Program-made: the position numbers and the translations under genes
Shown: one piece after another, positions 15,901-28,250 of the stretch
Position numbering within the stretch: the stretch's first letter is position 1
Layout: every line of letters begins with the position of its first letter
Assembly (NCBI RefSeq): GCF_009914755.1
Contig: NC_060937.1
Source: the human T2T-CHM13v2.0 reference genome, Homo sapiens
DNA length: 64,000 nucleotides
Direction: 5' to 3' (one strand)
Notes under the pieces: generated by a model
What the model was told of the DNA's origin: nothing
Seen by the model: the letters and a program-made list of their open reading frames with translations, nothing else
The model's database searches: none

Positions 15901-18900
15901 TTCCATTCCATTCCACTCCACTCCACTCCAATCCTCTCAACTCCACTCCACTCAACTCAACTCCATTCTGTTCCATTCCATTCCAGTCCGTTCCATTGCA
16001 TTGCATTCCGTTCCATTCCATTCCTTTCCACTCCACTGCATACCATTCCACTCCATTCCACTCCAGTCCACTCCAGTCCACTCCACTCCACTTCACTCCA
16101 TTCCACTCTACACCACTAAACTCCATCCACTCCATTCCCCTCCTTTCGATTCCATTCCATTCCATCCCATTCCATTCCACTTCACTCTGATCCACTCCAC
16201 TAAACTCCACTCCACTCCACTCCATCCCATTCCGTTCCATTCCGTTCTGTTCTGTTCCATTGCACTCCATTACATTCAACTCCACTCCTCTCCACTCCAC
16301 TCCATTACACTCCATTCACTCCTTTCCACTCCACTCAACTCCATTCCATTCCACTCCACTCCACTCCATTTCACTCCATTCCACTCCATTCCATTCCACT
16401 CCATTACACTCCATTACACTCCACTCCTTTCCATGCCACCCCATTCCACTCCACTCCATTCCACTCCATTCAATTCCACTCCACTACAATCCATTCTATT
16501 CTACGCCATTCCATTCTGTTCCTCTGTTTCGACAGGATCTCACTGTGTCACCCAGACTGGAGTACAGTGGCACAATTGTAACTCACATTTCATTTCACCA
16601 TTCCATTCTTTTCATTCCACTCCACTCCAGTCCACTCCACTCCACTCCACTCCATTTCACTCCATTCCACTTCATTCCATTCCACTCCATTCTGCTCCAT
16701 TACAGTCCACTCCATTCCGCTCCACTCCATTCCACTCCACTCCATTCCATTCCATTCTACTCCATTCCATTCCATTCTTTTATTTTGACTGGATCTCACT
16801 GTGTCACCCAGAATGGAGTGCAGTGCACAATCGTAGCTCACATTTCATTTCACCTTTCCATTGCATTCCATTCCATTCCATTCCTTTTCATTCCACTCCA
16901 CTCCATTCCAGTCCACTGCACTCCACTCCAATCCATTCCACTACACTCCTTTCCATTCCTTTCCATTCCATTCCACTCCACTCCATTCCACTCCACTGCA
17001 CTCCACTCCAATCCATTCCACTACATTCCTTTCCATTCCATTCCTTTCCAATCCATGGCAATCAGTTCCACTTCACTCAAAACCACCACACCCCACTCCA
17101 CTCCGTTCTGTTGCATTCCATTCCATTCCGTTCCATTGCATTCCATTCTATGCCATTTCATTCCATTCCACTCCACTCAATTACATTCCGCCCCATTCCA
17201 CTGCACTCCGCTCCATTCAAGTTCCATTCCACTGCACTCCGGTCCACTCCACTCAGTTCCACTGCATTCCATTCCACTGCAGTCATTTCCATTCCGTTCC
17301 AATCCTTTCCATTCCATTCTATTCAACTCCATTCCGTTCCACTCCACTCCTTTGTACTCCACTCCATTTCAATCGATTCCACTCCATTCCACTCCACTCC
17401 ACTCCACTCCATTGCATTCCATTCCCTTCAACTCCATTCCATTCTACTCCATTCCACTGCATTCCACTCCATTTCCCTCCATTCCATTCCACTCCACTCC
17501 ATTCCAATCAACTCCAATCCTTTCCTCAACATTCCATTCTACTTCACTCCATTGCATTCCATTCCACTCCATTCCATTGCATTCCTGTATTTCGACTGGA
17601 TCTCACTCTGTCACCCAGACTCGAACACTGTGGCACAATCTTAGCACACATTTCATTTCACCATTCCTTTCCATTCCATTCAATTGCATTCCATTGCACT
17701 GAAATCCGATCCAATCCACTCAACTCCACTCAACTCCACTCCGTTCCGTTCCATTCCACTCCTTTCCATTCCATTGCATTCTGTTCCATTTCATTCCATT
17801 CCATTCCACTGCATTCCATTCCACTCCATTCCACTCAACTCCGCTCCACGCTACTCTAATCCACTCTATTCCACTGCACTCCAGTAAACTCCACTCCACT
17901 CCAGTCCTCTCGATTACTTTAAATTCCATTCCACTCCATTACACTGCAGTCTGATCCACTCCACGCAACTCTACTCCTCTCCACTCTGTTCCATTCCGTT
18001 CTGTTGCATTCTGCTCTGTTCCGTTGCATTCCACTCCATTCCATTACACTCCAATCCACTGCATTCCACTCCACTGCACTCCAATCCACCCCACCCCACT
18101 CCATTCCACTCCTCTCCATTCCACTCCACTCCACTCCATTCCACTACACTCCTTTCCATTCCATTCCATTCCATTCCTTTCCATTCCACAGCAATCTGAT
18201 CCACTCCACTCAACTCCATTCCACTCCACTCCATTCCATTCCATTCCATTCCATACCATTCTGTTCCATTCATTCCATTCTGTTCCTTTCCATTGCATTC
18301 CAATCCACTCCATTCCATTCCACTCTATTCCAGTCCACTCCACACCACTCCACTCTATTCCACTCCTATCCACTCCACCCCACTCCACTCCACTCCCTTC
18401 AATTTCATTCCATTCCATTCCATTCCATTCCATTCCACAGCACTCTGATCCACTCCACTCAGTTCCACTCCATTTCACTCCACTCCATTCCGTTCCATTC
18501 CATTCTGTTCTGGTACGTTCCATTCCGTTCCATTAAACTCCATTCCATTCCATTCCACTCCACTCCATTTCACTCCACTCTACTCCATTCCACTTCCCTC
18601 CACTACAATCCACTCCAATACACTCCACTCCATTCCACTCCATTCCACTCCATTCATTCCATTCCAATTCATTCCACTCCATTCCACTCCAGTCCACTCC
18701 ATTCCATTCCACTCCAGTCCACTCCATTCCATTCCACTCCACCGCATTCCACTCACTCCCCTCCACTCCATTCCACTCCACTCCATTCCACTCTATTTCT
18801 TCCACTCCACTCCATTCCATTTCATTCCATTCCACTCCATTCCACTCCACTCCAATCCACTCCCCTCCATTCCACTCCACTCCATTCTATTCCACTCCAT

Positions 18901-21900
18901 TCCATTCCACTCCACTCCATTCCATTATATTCTACTGCATTTCAATCCATTCTTTTATTTCGACTATATCTCACTCTGTCTCCCAGACTAGAGTGCAGTG
19001 GCATAATCTTAGCTCACACTTCATTGCACGATTCCATTCCATTTCATTCAATTGCATTTCATTCCATTCTATTCCACTGCCATCCTATCCACTCCACTCA
19101 ACTCCACTCCACTCCACTCCATTCCGTTCCATCCCATTCCATAGCATTCTGATCCTTTTTATTCCATTCCACTCCACTCCATTCTATTCCACTCCATTCC
19201 ACTCCATTCCACTCCACTCCACTCCACTAAACTGTAATCCATTCAATTTCATTCCACTCCACTCCACTAAACTCCATTCCACTCCACTAAATTTCATTAA
19301 ATTATTTTCCATTCCATTCCAAAGCATTCCCATCCATTCCACTCAATGCTACTCCACTCCACTCCTTTCCATTCCTTTCCACTCTGTGCAGTTCAGTTCC
19401 ATTCCATTCCACTCCACACCACTCCACTCCTTTCCACTCCACTGCACTCCACTCCACTCCATTCCACTCCAATACACTGCACTCCACTCCATTCCACTAC
19501 ACTCCTTTCCATTCCATTCCATTCCATTCCATTCCATTCCATTCCTTTCCTTTCCTTTCCTTTCCTTTCCACGGCAATCTGATCCACTCCAGTCAACTCC
19601 ACTCCACTCCACTCCTTTCCATTCCATTCCATTCCATTCCATTCCATTCCATTCCATTCCATTCCATTCCATTCCATTCTATTCCATTCCATCCCATTCC
19701 ATTCCATTCCACTCCACTGCATTTCATTCCACTCCATTCAACTACACTCCACTCCACTCGAATCCACTGCAATACATTCCATTCCATTCCATTCCATTTC
19801 ATTCCACTGCACTCCAATCCACTCCTCTCAACTCCACTCCGCTCCATTCGATTCCATTCCGTTCCGGTCAGTTCCATTCTGTTCCACTCCACTCCATTTC
19901 ATTCCACTCCACTCCACTCCACTTCACTCCATTAGACTCCACTCCATTCCGTTCCATTCCATTCCATTCCATTCCTTTCTGTTCCTTTCCATTCCATTCC
20001 ACTCCACTACATTCCATTCCACTCCATTCCACTCTACTGCACTCAACTCCACTCCAATCCACCCCACGCCACTCCCCTAAATTCCATTCTATTTCATTCC
20101 ATTGCATTCAATTTCATTCCACTGCATTCCGATCCGCTCCACCCTACTCCACTCCACTCCATTCCAGTCCAATCTATTCCATTCCGTTCTGTTCCATTTC
20201 ATTCCCTTCCATTCCGTTCCATTTCTTTCCATTCCATTCCATTCCTTTCCACTCCACTCCATTCCTTTCCACTCCATTCCACTCCACTCCACTCCAGTCC
20301 ACACCACTCCACTCCATTCTATTCCACTCCATTCCATTACAATACACTGCACTTCATTGTCTTCCGTTCTGTTCCACTCCATCCCACTGCCCTCCATTCC
20401 ATTCCACTACATTCCACCACACTCCACTACACTCCACTACACTCCACTACATTTTATTGCAGTCCATTCCATTATATTCCACTCCATTCCATTCCATTCC
20501 ACTCCAATTCATGCCATTCCATTCCACTCCATTCCACTCCAATCCATGCCATTCCATTCCACTCAATTTCACTCCTTTCAATTATGTTCAATTCTGCTCC
20601 ACTCATTCCACTACACTACACTCCCCTCCATTCCACTCCACGCCACTCTACTCCATTCCACTCCATTCCATTCCACTCCACTCGATTCCATTCCATTCTA
20701 CTCCATTCCATTCCATTCCTTTATTTCGACTGGATCTAACTCTGTCACCGAGACTGGAGTGCAGTGGCACAATCTTAGCTCACATTTTATTTCATAGTTG
20801 CATTCCATTCCATTTCATTCCATTCCCTTCCATTCCATTCCCCTGCACTCCAATCCACTCCACTAAACTCCACTCCACTCCGTTCTGTTCCGTTCCATTC
20901 TATTCCATTCCATTCCATTCCATTCCACTCCACTCCATTCCATTCCACTCCACTCCACTCCATTCCATTCAATTCCCTTCCACTGCACTCTGATCCCCCC
21001 CACTCAACTCCATTCCGATCCACTCTGTCCCCTTCCATTCTATTCTCTTCTGTTCTGTTCCATTCCATTTCACTCCATTCCATTCCACTCCATTCCATTC
21101 CACTCCACTCCATTTCACTATATTCCACTCCACTCCACTCCTCTACATTTCATTGCACTACATTCCATTATATTCCCCTCCATTTCATTCCTTTCCATTC
21201 AGCTCCAATGCATTCCATTCCATTATATTCCCCTCCATTCCATTCCTTTCCATTCAGCTCCAATGCATTCCATTCCATTCCATTCCACTCCATTCCATTC
21301 CATTCCATTCCACTCAATTCCACTCCATTCCATTCCACTCCATTCTGCTCCACTCATTCCGCGATACTACACTCCCCTACATTCCACTCCACTCCAATCC
21401 ACTCCACTCCATTCCACTCCACTCCATTCCATTCCATTCCTTTATTTCAACTGGATCTACCTCTTTCACCCAGACTGGGGTGCAGTGGCACAATCTTAGC
21501 TCACATTTCATTTCTTCGTTGCATTCCATCCCGTTTCATTCCATTCCATTACATTCCATTCGTTTCCATTCCCCTGCACTCCAAACCACTCCACTCAACT
21601 CCACTCCACTACACTCCGTTCTGTTCCATTCCATTCCATTCCATTCCATTCCATTCCATTCAGTTCCACTCCACTCCATTCCATTCAACTCCACTCCACT
21701 CCACTCCATTCTGTTCCATTCCATTCCCCTCCACTCCGATCCCCTCCACTCAACTCCATTCCACTTCACTCTGCTCCGTTCAATTCCATTCCATTCTCTT
21801 CCATTCCGTTCCATTCCATTCCATTCCATTCCATACCATTCCACTCCACTCCATTTCATTCCATTCTATTCCACTTCTTTCCACTCCACTCCACTCCACT

Positions 21901-22287
21901 CTATTCCATTCCAGTCCATGCCATTGAATTCCACTGCACTCCAATCAACTCCACTCAACTCCACTCCACTAGATTCCTTTAAGTTCCATTCCATTCCTTT
22001 CCACTCCATTCCGTTCCATTCAACTCCATTCCATTCCATTCCACTGCATTCCACTACACTCTATTTCACTCCATTCCACTCCACTCCACTCCAATCCATT
22101 CCAATCCATTCCATTCCTTTCCATTCCTCTGCACTCTGATACACTCCACTCAACTCCATTCTACTCCCCTGTACTCCATTCTGTTCCACTCCTTTCCATT
22201 CCATTCCGTTCCATTCCATTCCATTCCACTCCATTGCATTCCACTCCTTACCACTCTAATCCACTCCACTCTTCTCCACTCCACTAC
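9941..22287 (+). repeat. HSat3-like (CATTC/CACTC)n satellite block, composite with periodic Alu fragments
   Basis: Degenerate 5-bp CATTC/CACTC repeats throughout, with pure CATTC runs at ~10775-10834, ~11220-11290 and ~19620-19678. Strong C/G strand asymmetry. Confidence 0.95.
10088..21504 (-). repeat. 24 tandemly amplified ~56-bp Alu 3'-end fragments (AluJ-like) embedded in the pentamer satellite
   Basis: Consensus on + is GACAGGATCTCACTCTGTCACCCAGGCTGGAGTGCAGTGGCACAATCTCAGCTCAC. Approximate starts: 10088, 10359, 10696, 11152, 11559, 11880, 12362, 12658, 12950, 13221, 13523, 13975, 14287, 14564, 14886, 15433, 15604, 15816, 16531, 16787, 17594, 18962, 20728, 21449. It aligns to the start of the full Alu at ~35017-35073 in this window. 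Confidence 0.93.
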
Positions 22288-25200
22288 CCAGAAGCATTCT
22301 GAGAAAGTTCTTTATGAGGTGTGCAGTCAATTCCCAGATTTGAACCTATCTCTTGAATGAGCAGTTTAGAATCTCTCTTTTTGCAGAATCTGCAAGTGTA
22401 TATTTGGAACGTTTTGAGACCTAATGTGGGAAAGCAAACATCTACATCTAAAAACTACACAGAAGCATTGTGAAAAACTTTTTTGTTAGGTGTGCATTCA
22501 ACTCACAGAGTCGAAAATATCTTCTGATTGAGCTGTTTTGAATCACTCATTTTGCAGAATCTGCAAGTAGATATTAAAGACCTCTGAGGCCTTCTGTGGA
22601 AAAGGAAATATCTTCAGATAAAAACTACACAGAAGCATTCTGAAAAACTTCTTTGTGATGTGTGCATTCAACTCAAAGGGTTGAACATATCTTTGGATTG
22701 AGCAGTTTTGAATCTCTCTTTTGGCAGAATCTGCAAGTGGATATTTGGAGACCTTTCAGGCCTACTGTGGAAAAGCAAATATCTTCAAATACAAACTACA
22801 CAGAAGCATTCTGAGAAACTTCTCTGTGAGGTGTGCATTCAACGCACAGAGTCGAACCTATCTATTGATTGAGCAGTTTTCAATCTCTCTTTTTATAGAA
22901 TCTGTAAGTGGATAGTCAGAGCGGTTTGAGGCCTATTGTGGAAAAGGATGTATCTTCAAATAAAAACTACACAGAAGCATTCTGAGAAACTTCTTTGTGA
23001 TGTGTCCATTCAACTCACAGAGTTGAACTTATCTCTTGATGGAGAAGTTTTGAATCTCTCTTTTTGTAGAATCTTCAAGTGGATATTTGGAGCCCTTTGT
23101 GGCCTATGGTGGAAAAGGAAATATCTTCAAATAAAAACTACACAGAAGCATTCTGAGAAACTTATTTGTGATGTGTGCATTCATCTCACAGGGTTGAACC
23201 TATCTTATGATTGAGCAGTTTTGATACACTCTTTTTGTATAATGAGCAAATGGATATTTGGAGGGCTTTGAGGCCTACTGTGGAATCACAAATATCTTCA
23301 CCTAAAAACTACACAAAATCATTCTGAGAAACTACTTTGTGATGTGTGCATTCAACTGACAGAGTCGAACCTCTCTTTTGATGGAGCAGTTTTGAATCTC
23401 TTTTTGCAGAATCTGCAAGTGGATTTTGGAGAGCTTTGAGGCCTATTGGGGAAAAGCAAATATCTTCATGTAAAAACTACACAGAAGCATTTTGAGAAAC
23501 TTCTTTGTGATGTGTGCATTCAACTGACAGAGTTGAACCTAGCTTTGATTAAACCGTTTTGAATCTCTTTTTTTGTAGAATCTGTGAGTGGATATTTGGA
23601 GCCCTTTGTGGCCTATGGTGGAAAAGGAAATATGTTCACATAAAAACTACACAGAAGCATTCTGAGAAACTTCGTTGTGATGTGTGCATTCATCTCACAG
23701 GGTGAACCTACCTTATGATTGAGCAGTTTTGAAACACACTTTTTGTGGAAATCAGCAAGTGGATATTTGGAGCACTTTGCGGCCAATTGTGGAAAATCAA
23801 ATATGTTCACATAAAAACTACACAGAAGCATTCAGAGAAACGTCTTTGTGATGTGAGCATTCACCTCACAGAGTTGATTCTTTCTTTTGATGGAGCAGTT
23901 ATGAAACACTGTTTTTGTAGAATCTGCAAGTGGATATTTGGAGCTATATCAGCCCTATTGTGGAAAAGGAAATATCTTCACATAAAAGCTACACAAAAGC
24001 ATTCTGATAAACTTCTTTGTGATGTGTGCATTCAATTCACAGAGTTGAACCTATCTTTTGATTGAGCAGTATTGAATCTCCTTTTTTTTTGGAATCTGCA
24101 ATTGGATATTTGGAGCCCTTTGCAGCCTATGGTGGAAAAGGAAATACCTTCAAATAAAAACTACACCGAAGCATTCTGAGAAACTTCTTTGTGATGTGTC
24201 CATTCATTTCACAGAGTTGATCCTTTCTTTTTATCCAGCAGTTTTGAAACACTCCTTTTATAGTATCTGCAAGTAGATATTTCGATCACTTTGAGGCCTA
24301 CCACGGAAAAGCAAATATCTTCACATAAAAACTACACAGAAACATTCTGAGAAACTTTTTTGTGATGTGCACATTCATGTCACAGAGTTGAACGTTTCTT
24401 TTGATGGAGCAGTTTTGAATCTCCTTTTTTTTATAATCTGCAATTGGATATTTGGATCCCTTTGCAGCCTATGGTGGAAAAGGAAATACCTTCAAATAAA
24501 AACTACACAGAAGCATTCTGAGAAACTTCTTTGTGATGTGTGCATTCATTTCACAGAGTTAATCCTTTCTTTGTATTCAGCAGTTTTGAAACACTCCTTT
24601 TATAGAATCTGCAAGTAGATATTTGGAGTGCTTTGAGGCCTACTGTGCTAAAGCAAATATCTTCATCTAAAAACTACACAGAAGCATTCTGAGAAACTTC
24701 TTTGTGATGTATGCATTCATCTCATGGAATTGAACGTTTCTTTCGATTAGGCAGTTTTGAATCTCCCTTTTTGCAGAATCTGCAAGTGGATATTTAAGAG
24801 CTTTGAGGCCTATTGTGGAAAAGGAAATATCTTCACATAAAAACTACACAGATGCATTCTGAGAAATTTCTTTTTGATGTGTGCATTCATCTCACAGGGT
24901 TGAACCTGTCTTATGATTGAAAGGTTTTGAAACACTGTTTTTGCAGAGCCTGCATGTGGAAATTTTGAGTGCTTTGAGGCCTATTGTGGAAAAGGAAATA
25001 TGTTCACATAAAAGCTACACAGAAGCATTCTGAAAAACGTCTTTGTGATGAGTGCATTCATCTCACAGAGTTGATCCTTTCTTTTTATTCAGCAGTTTTG
25101 AAACACTCCTTTTAGAGAATCTGCAAGTAGATATTTGGAGCGCGTTGAGGCCTACCATGGAAAAGCAAATATCTTCACATAAAAACTACACAGAAATATT

Positions 25201-28200
25201 CTGAGAAACTTTTTTGTGGTGTACACATTCATGTCACAGAGTTGAACCTTTCTTTTGATTGAGCAGTTTTGAAAGACTCTGTTTGTAGAATCTGCAAGTG
25301 GATATTTGTAGCGATTGAGGCCTGTTGTGGAAAAGGAAATATCTTCACATAAAAACTACAGAGAAGCATTCTGAGAAACTTCTTTGTGATGTGTGTATTC
25401 AACTCACAGAGTTGAACCTATCTGCTAATTGAGTAGTTTTGAATCTCTCTTTTTGCAGAATCTGAAAGTTGATATTTGGAGAGCTTTGAGGCCTATTGTG
25501 GAAAAGGAAATATCTTCACATAGAAACTACACAGAAGCATTCTGAGAAACTTCGTTGTGAGGTGTATATTCAAAACACAGAGTCGAACCTATCTTTTGAA
25601 TGAGCAGCTCTGAATCTCCCTTTATGCAGAATCTGCAAGTGGATATGTGGAGAGCTTTGAGGCCTATTGCTGAAAAGGAAATATCTTCAAATAAAAACTA
25701 AACAGAAGCATTCTGAGAAACTTCTTTGTGATGTGTGTATTCAAGTCACAGAGTTGAACCTATCTTTAGATTGAACAGCTGTGAATCTTTCTTTTTGTAG
25801 AATCTATGAGTGTATATTTGGGGCCCTTTGCAGCCTATGGTGGAAAAGGAAATATTTTCAAATAAAAACTACACAGAAGCAGTCTGAGAAACTTCGTCAT
25901 GATGTGTGAATTCATCTCACGGAGTTGAATCCTTCTTTTGATTGATCAGTTTTGAAACACTGTTTTTGTAGCATCTGCAAGTGGATATTTGGAGCGCTTT
26001 GAGCCCTACCGTGGAAAAGCAAATATCTTCAAATAAAAACTTCACAGAAGGATTCTGAGAAACTTCTTTGTTATGTGTGCATTCATCTCACAGAGATGCA
26101 CCTTCCTTTTGATGGAACAGTTTTAAAACACTCTGTTTGTAGAATCTGCAAGTGGATATTTGGAGCGATTTGAGGCCTATTGTGGAAAAGGATATATCTT
26201 CACATAAAAGCTACACAGCAGCATTTTGAAAAACTTTTTTGTGATGTGTGCATTCAACTCAGAGAGTTGAACCTATCTTTTGATTGGACAGTTTTGAATC
26301 TCTCTTTTTGTGCAATCTGCAAGTGGATATTTGGAGCCCTTTGTGGCCTATGGTGGAAAAGAAAATATCTTCAAATAAAAACTACACAGAAGCATTCTGA
26401 GAAACTTGATTGTGATGTGTGCATTCATCTGGCAGGGTTGAACCTTTCTTTTGATTGGGAAGTTTTGAAACACTCTTTTTGCAGAATCTGCAAGTGGATA
26501 TTTAGAGCGATTTGAGGCCTATTGTGGAAAAGGAAGTATCTTCACATAAAAATTACACAGAAGCATTCTGAGAAACATCTTTGTGATGTGTGCATTCATT
26601 TCACAAGGTTGAACCTATCTTATAATTGGACAGATATCTATTTCTCTTTTTGTAGAATCTGCAAGTGGATATTTGGAACCATTTACACTCTATGGTGGAA
26701 AGGGAAATATCTTCAAATAAAAACTACACAGAAGCATTCTGAGAAAAGTCTTTGTGATCTGTGCATTCATCTCAGTGGGTTGAACCTATCTTATGATAGA
26801 GCAGTTTTGAAACACTCTTTATGTATAATCAGCAAGTGGATATTATGAGCACTTTGAGGCCTACTTTGGAAAAGCACATATCTTCACCTAAAAACTACAC
26901 AAAAGCATTCTGAGAAACTTCTTCGTGATGTGTGAGTTCACCTCACAGAATTGAACCTTTCTTTTGATTGAGCAGTTTTGAAACACTCTTTTTGTAGAAT
27001 CTGCAAGTGGATATTTGGAGTGATTTGAGGCCTATTGTGGAAAAGGAAATATCTTCAAATAAAAACTACACAGAAGCATTCTGAGAAACTTCTTTGTGAT
27101 GTGTGCATTCAACTCAGAGAGTTGAACCTATCTTTTGATTGAGCCGTTTTGAATCTCTCTTTTTGTAGAATCTGCAAGTGGATATTTGGAGCCCTTTGTG
27201 CTCTTCGGTGGAAAAGGATATATCTTCAAATAAATACTACACAGAAGCATTCAGAGAAACTTCATTGTGATGAGTGCATTCATCACACAGAGTTGAAACC
27301 TTCCTTTGATTGAACAGTTTTGAAACACTCTTTTTGCAGTATCTGCAAGTTGATATTTGGAGAGCTTTGGGGCCCATTGTGGAAAAGGAAATATCTTCAG
27401 ATAAAAACGACACAGAAGCTTTCTGGGAAACTTCTTTGTGATGTGTGCATTCAACTCACAGAGTTGAATCTATCTTTGGATTGGGCAGATTTGAATCTCT
27501 CTTTTGTAGGATCTGCAAGTCGATATTTGGAGCCCTTTGTGGCCTATAATGGAAAAGGAAATATCTTCAAACTGAAACTACACAGAAGCATTCTGAGAAA
27601 CATCCTTGTGATGTGTGCATTTGTCTCACAGAATTTAACTGTTCTTTTGATTGAGCTGTTTGGAAACACTCTTTTAGTAGAATCTGCAAGTGGATATTTG
27701 GAGCTATTTGAGGCCTATTTTGAAAAAGGAAATATCTTCACATAAATACTGCGCAGAAGCATTCTGCGAAACTTCTTGTTATGTGTGCATTCAACTCACA
27801 GTGTTCACCCTATCTTTTGATTCAGCACTTTTAAATCTCTCATTTTGTAGAATCTGCAAGTGGATACTTGGAGTACTTTGTGCCCTATGGTGGAAAATGA
27901 AATATCTTCAAATAAAAACTACACAGAAGCATTCTGGGAAACTTCTTTGAGAAAAATGCATTCACCACACAGAGTTGAAGCTTTCTATTGACTGAGTAGT
28001 TTTGAAACACTTTTTTTGTAGAATCTAGAAGTGAATATGTGAAGGGCTTTGCGGTCTATTTTGGAAAAGGAAATATCTTCGTATAAAAACTACACAGAAG
28101 CATTCTGGGAAACTTCCTTGTTATGTGTGAATTCAACTCATGGATTTGAACCTATCTTTTGACAGAGTAGTTTTGAAACTCTCTTTTGGTAGAATCTGTA

Positions 28201-28250
28201 CGTGGATATTTGGGGCGCTTTGCAGCCTATGGTAGAAAACGGAATACCCT
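22283..28250 (+). repeat. Alpha satellite, monomeric layer of the AAAACTACACAGAAGCATTC / GTGGATATTTGG type
   Basis: Nearly every monomer has ACTACACAG (not ACTAGACAG) and GGATATTT, and many have GAATCTCTCTTTT. No CENP-B box seen. Right boundary approximate. Confidence 0.93.

Noticed and set aside
10088-21504. CRISPR-like pattern of a conserved repeat with variable spacers
   Set aside because: The repeat is an Alu fragment, the spacers are ~115-1700-bp low-complexity pentamers, there are no cas genes and the context is primate.
9892-22139. Long ORFs of up to 666 aa (HSIPF / MEWNG repeats)
   Set aside because: CATTC and GGAAT repeats lack stop codons in any frame, and the ORFs overlap in all frames. 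There is no evidence of coding function.
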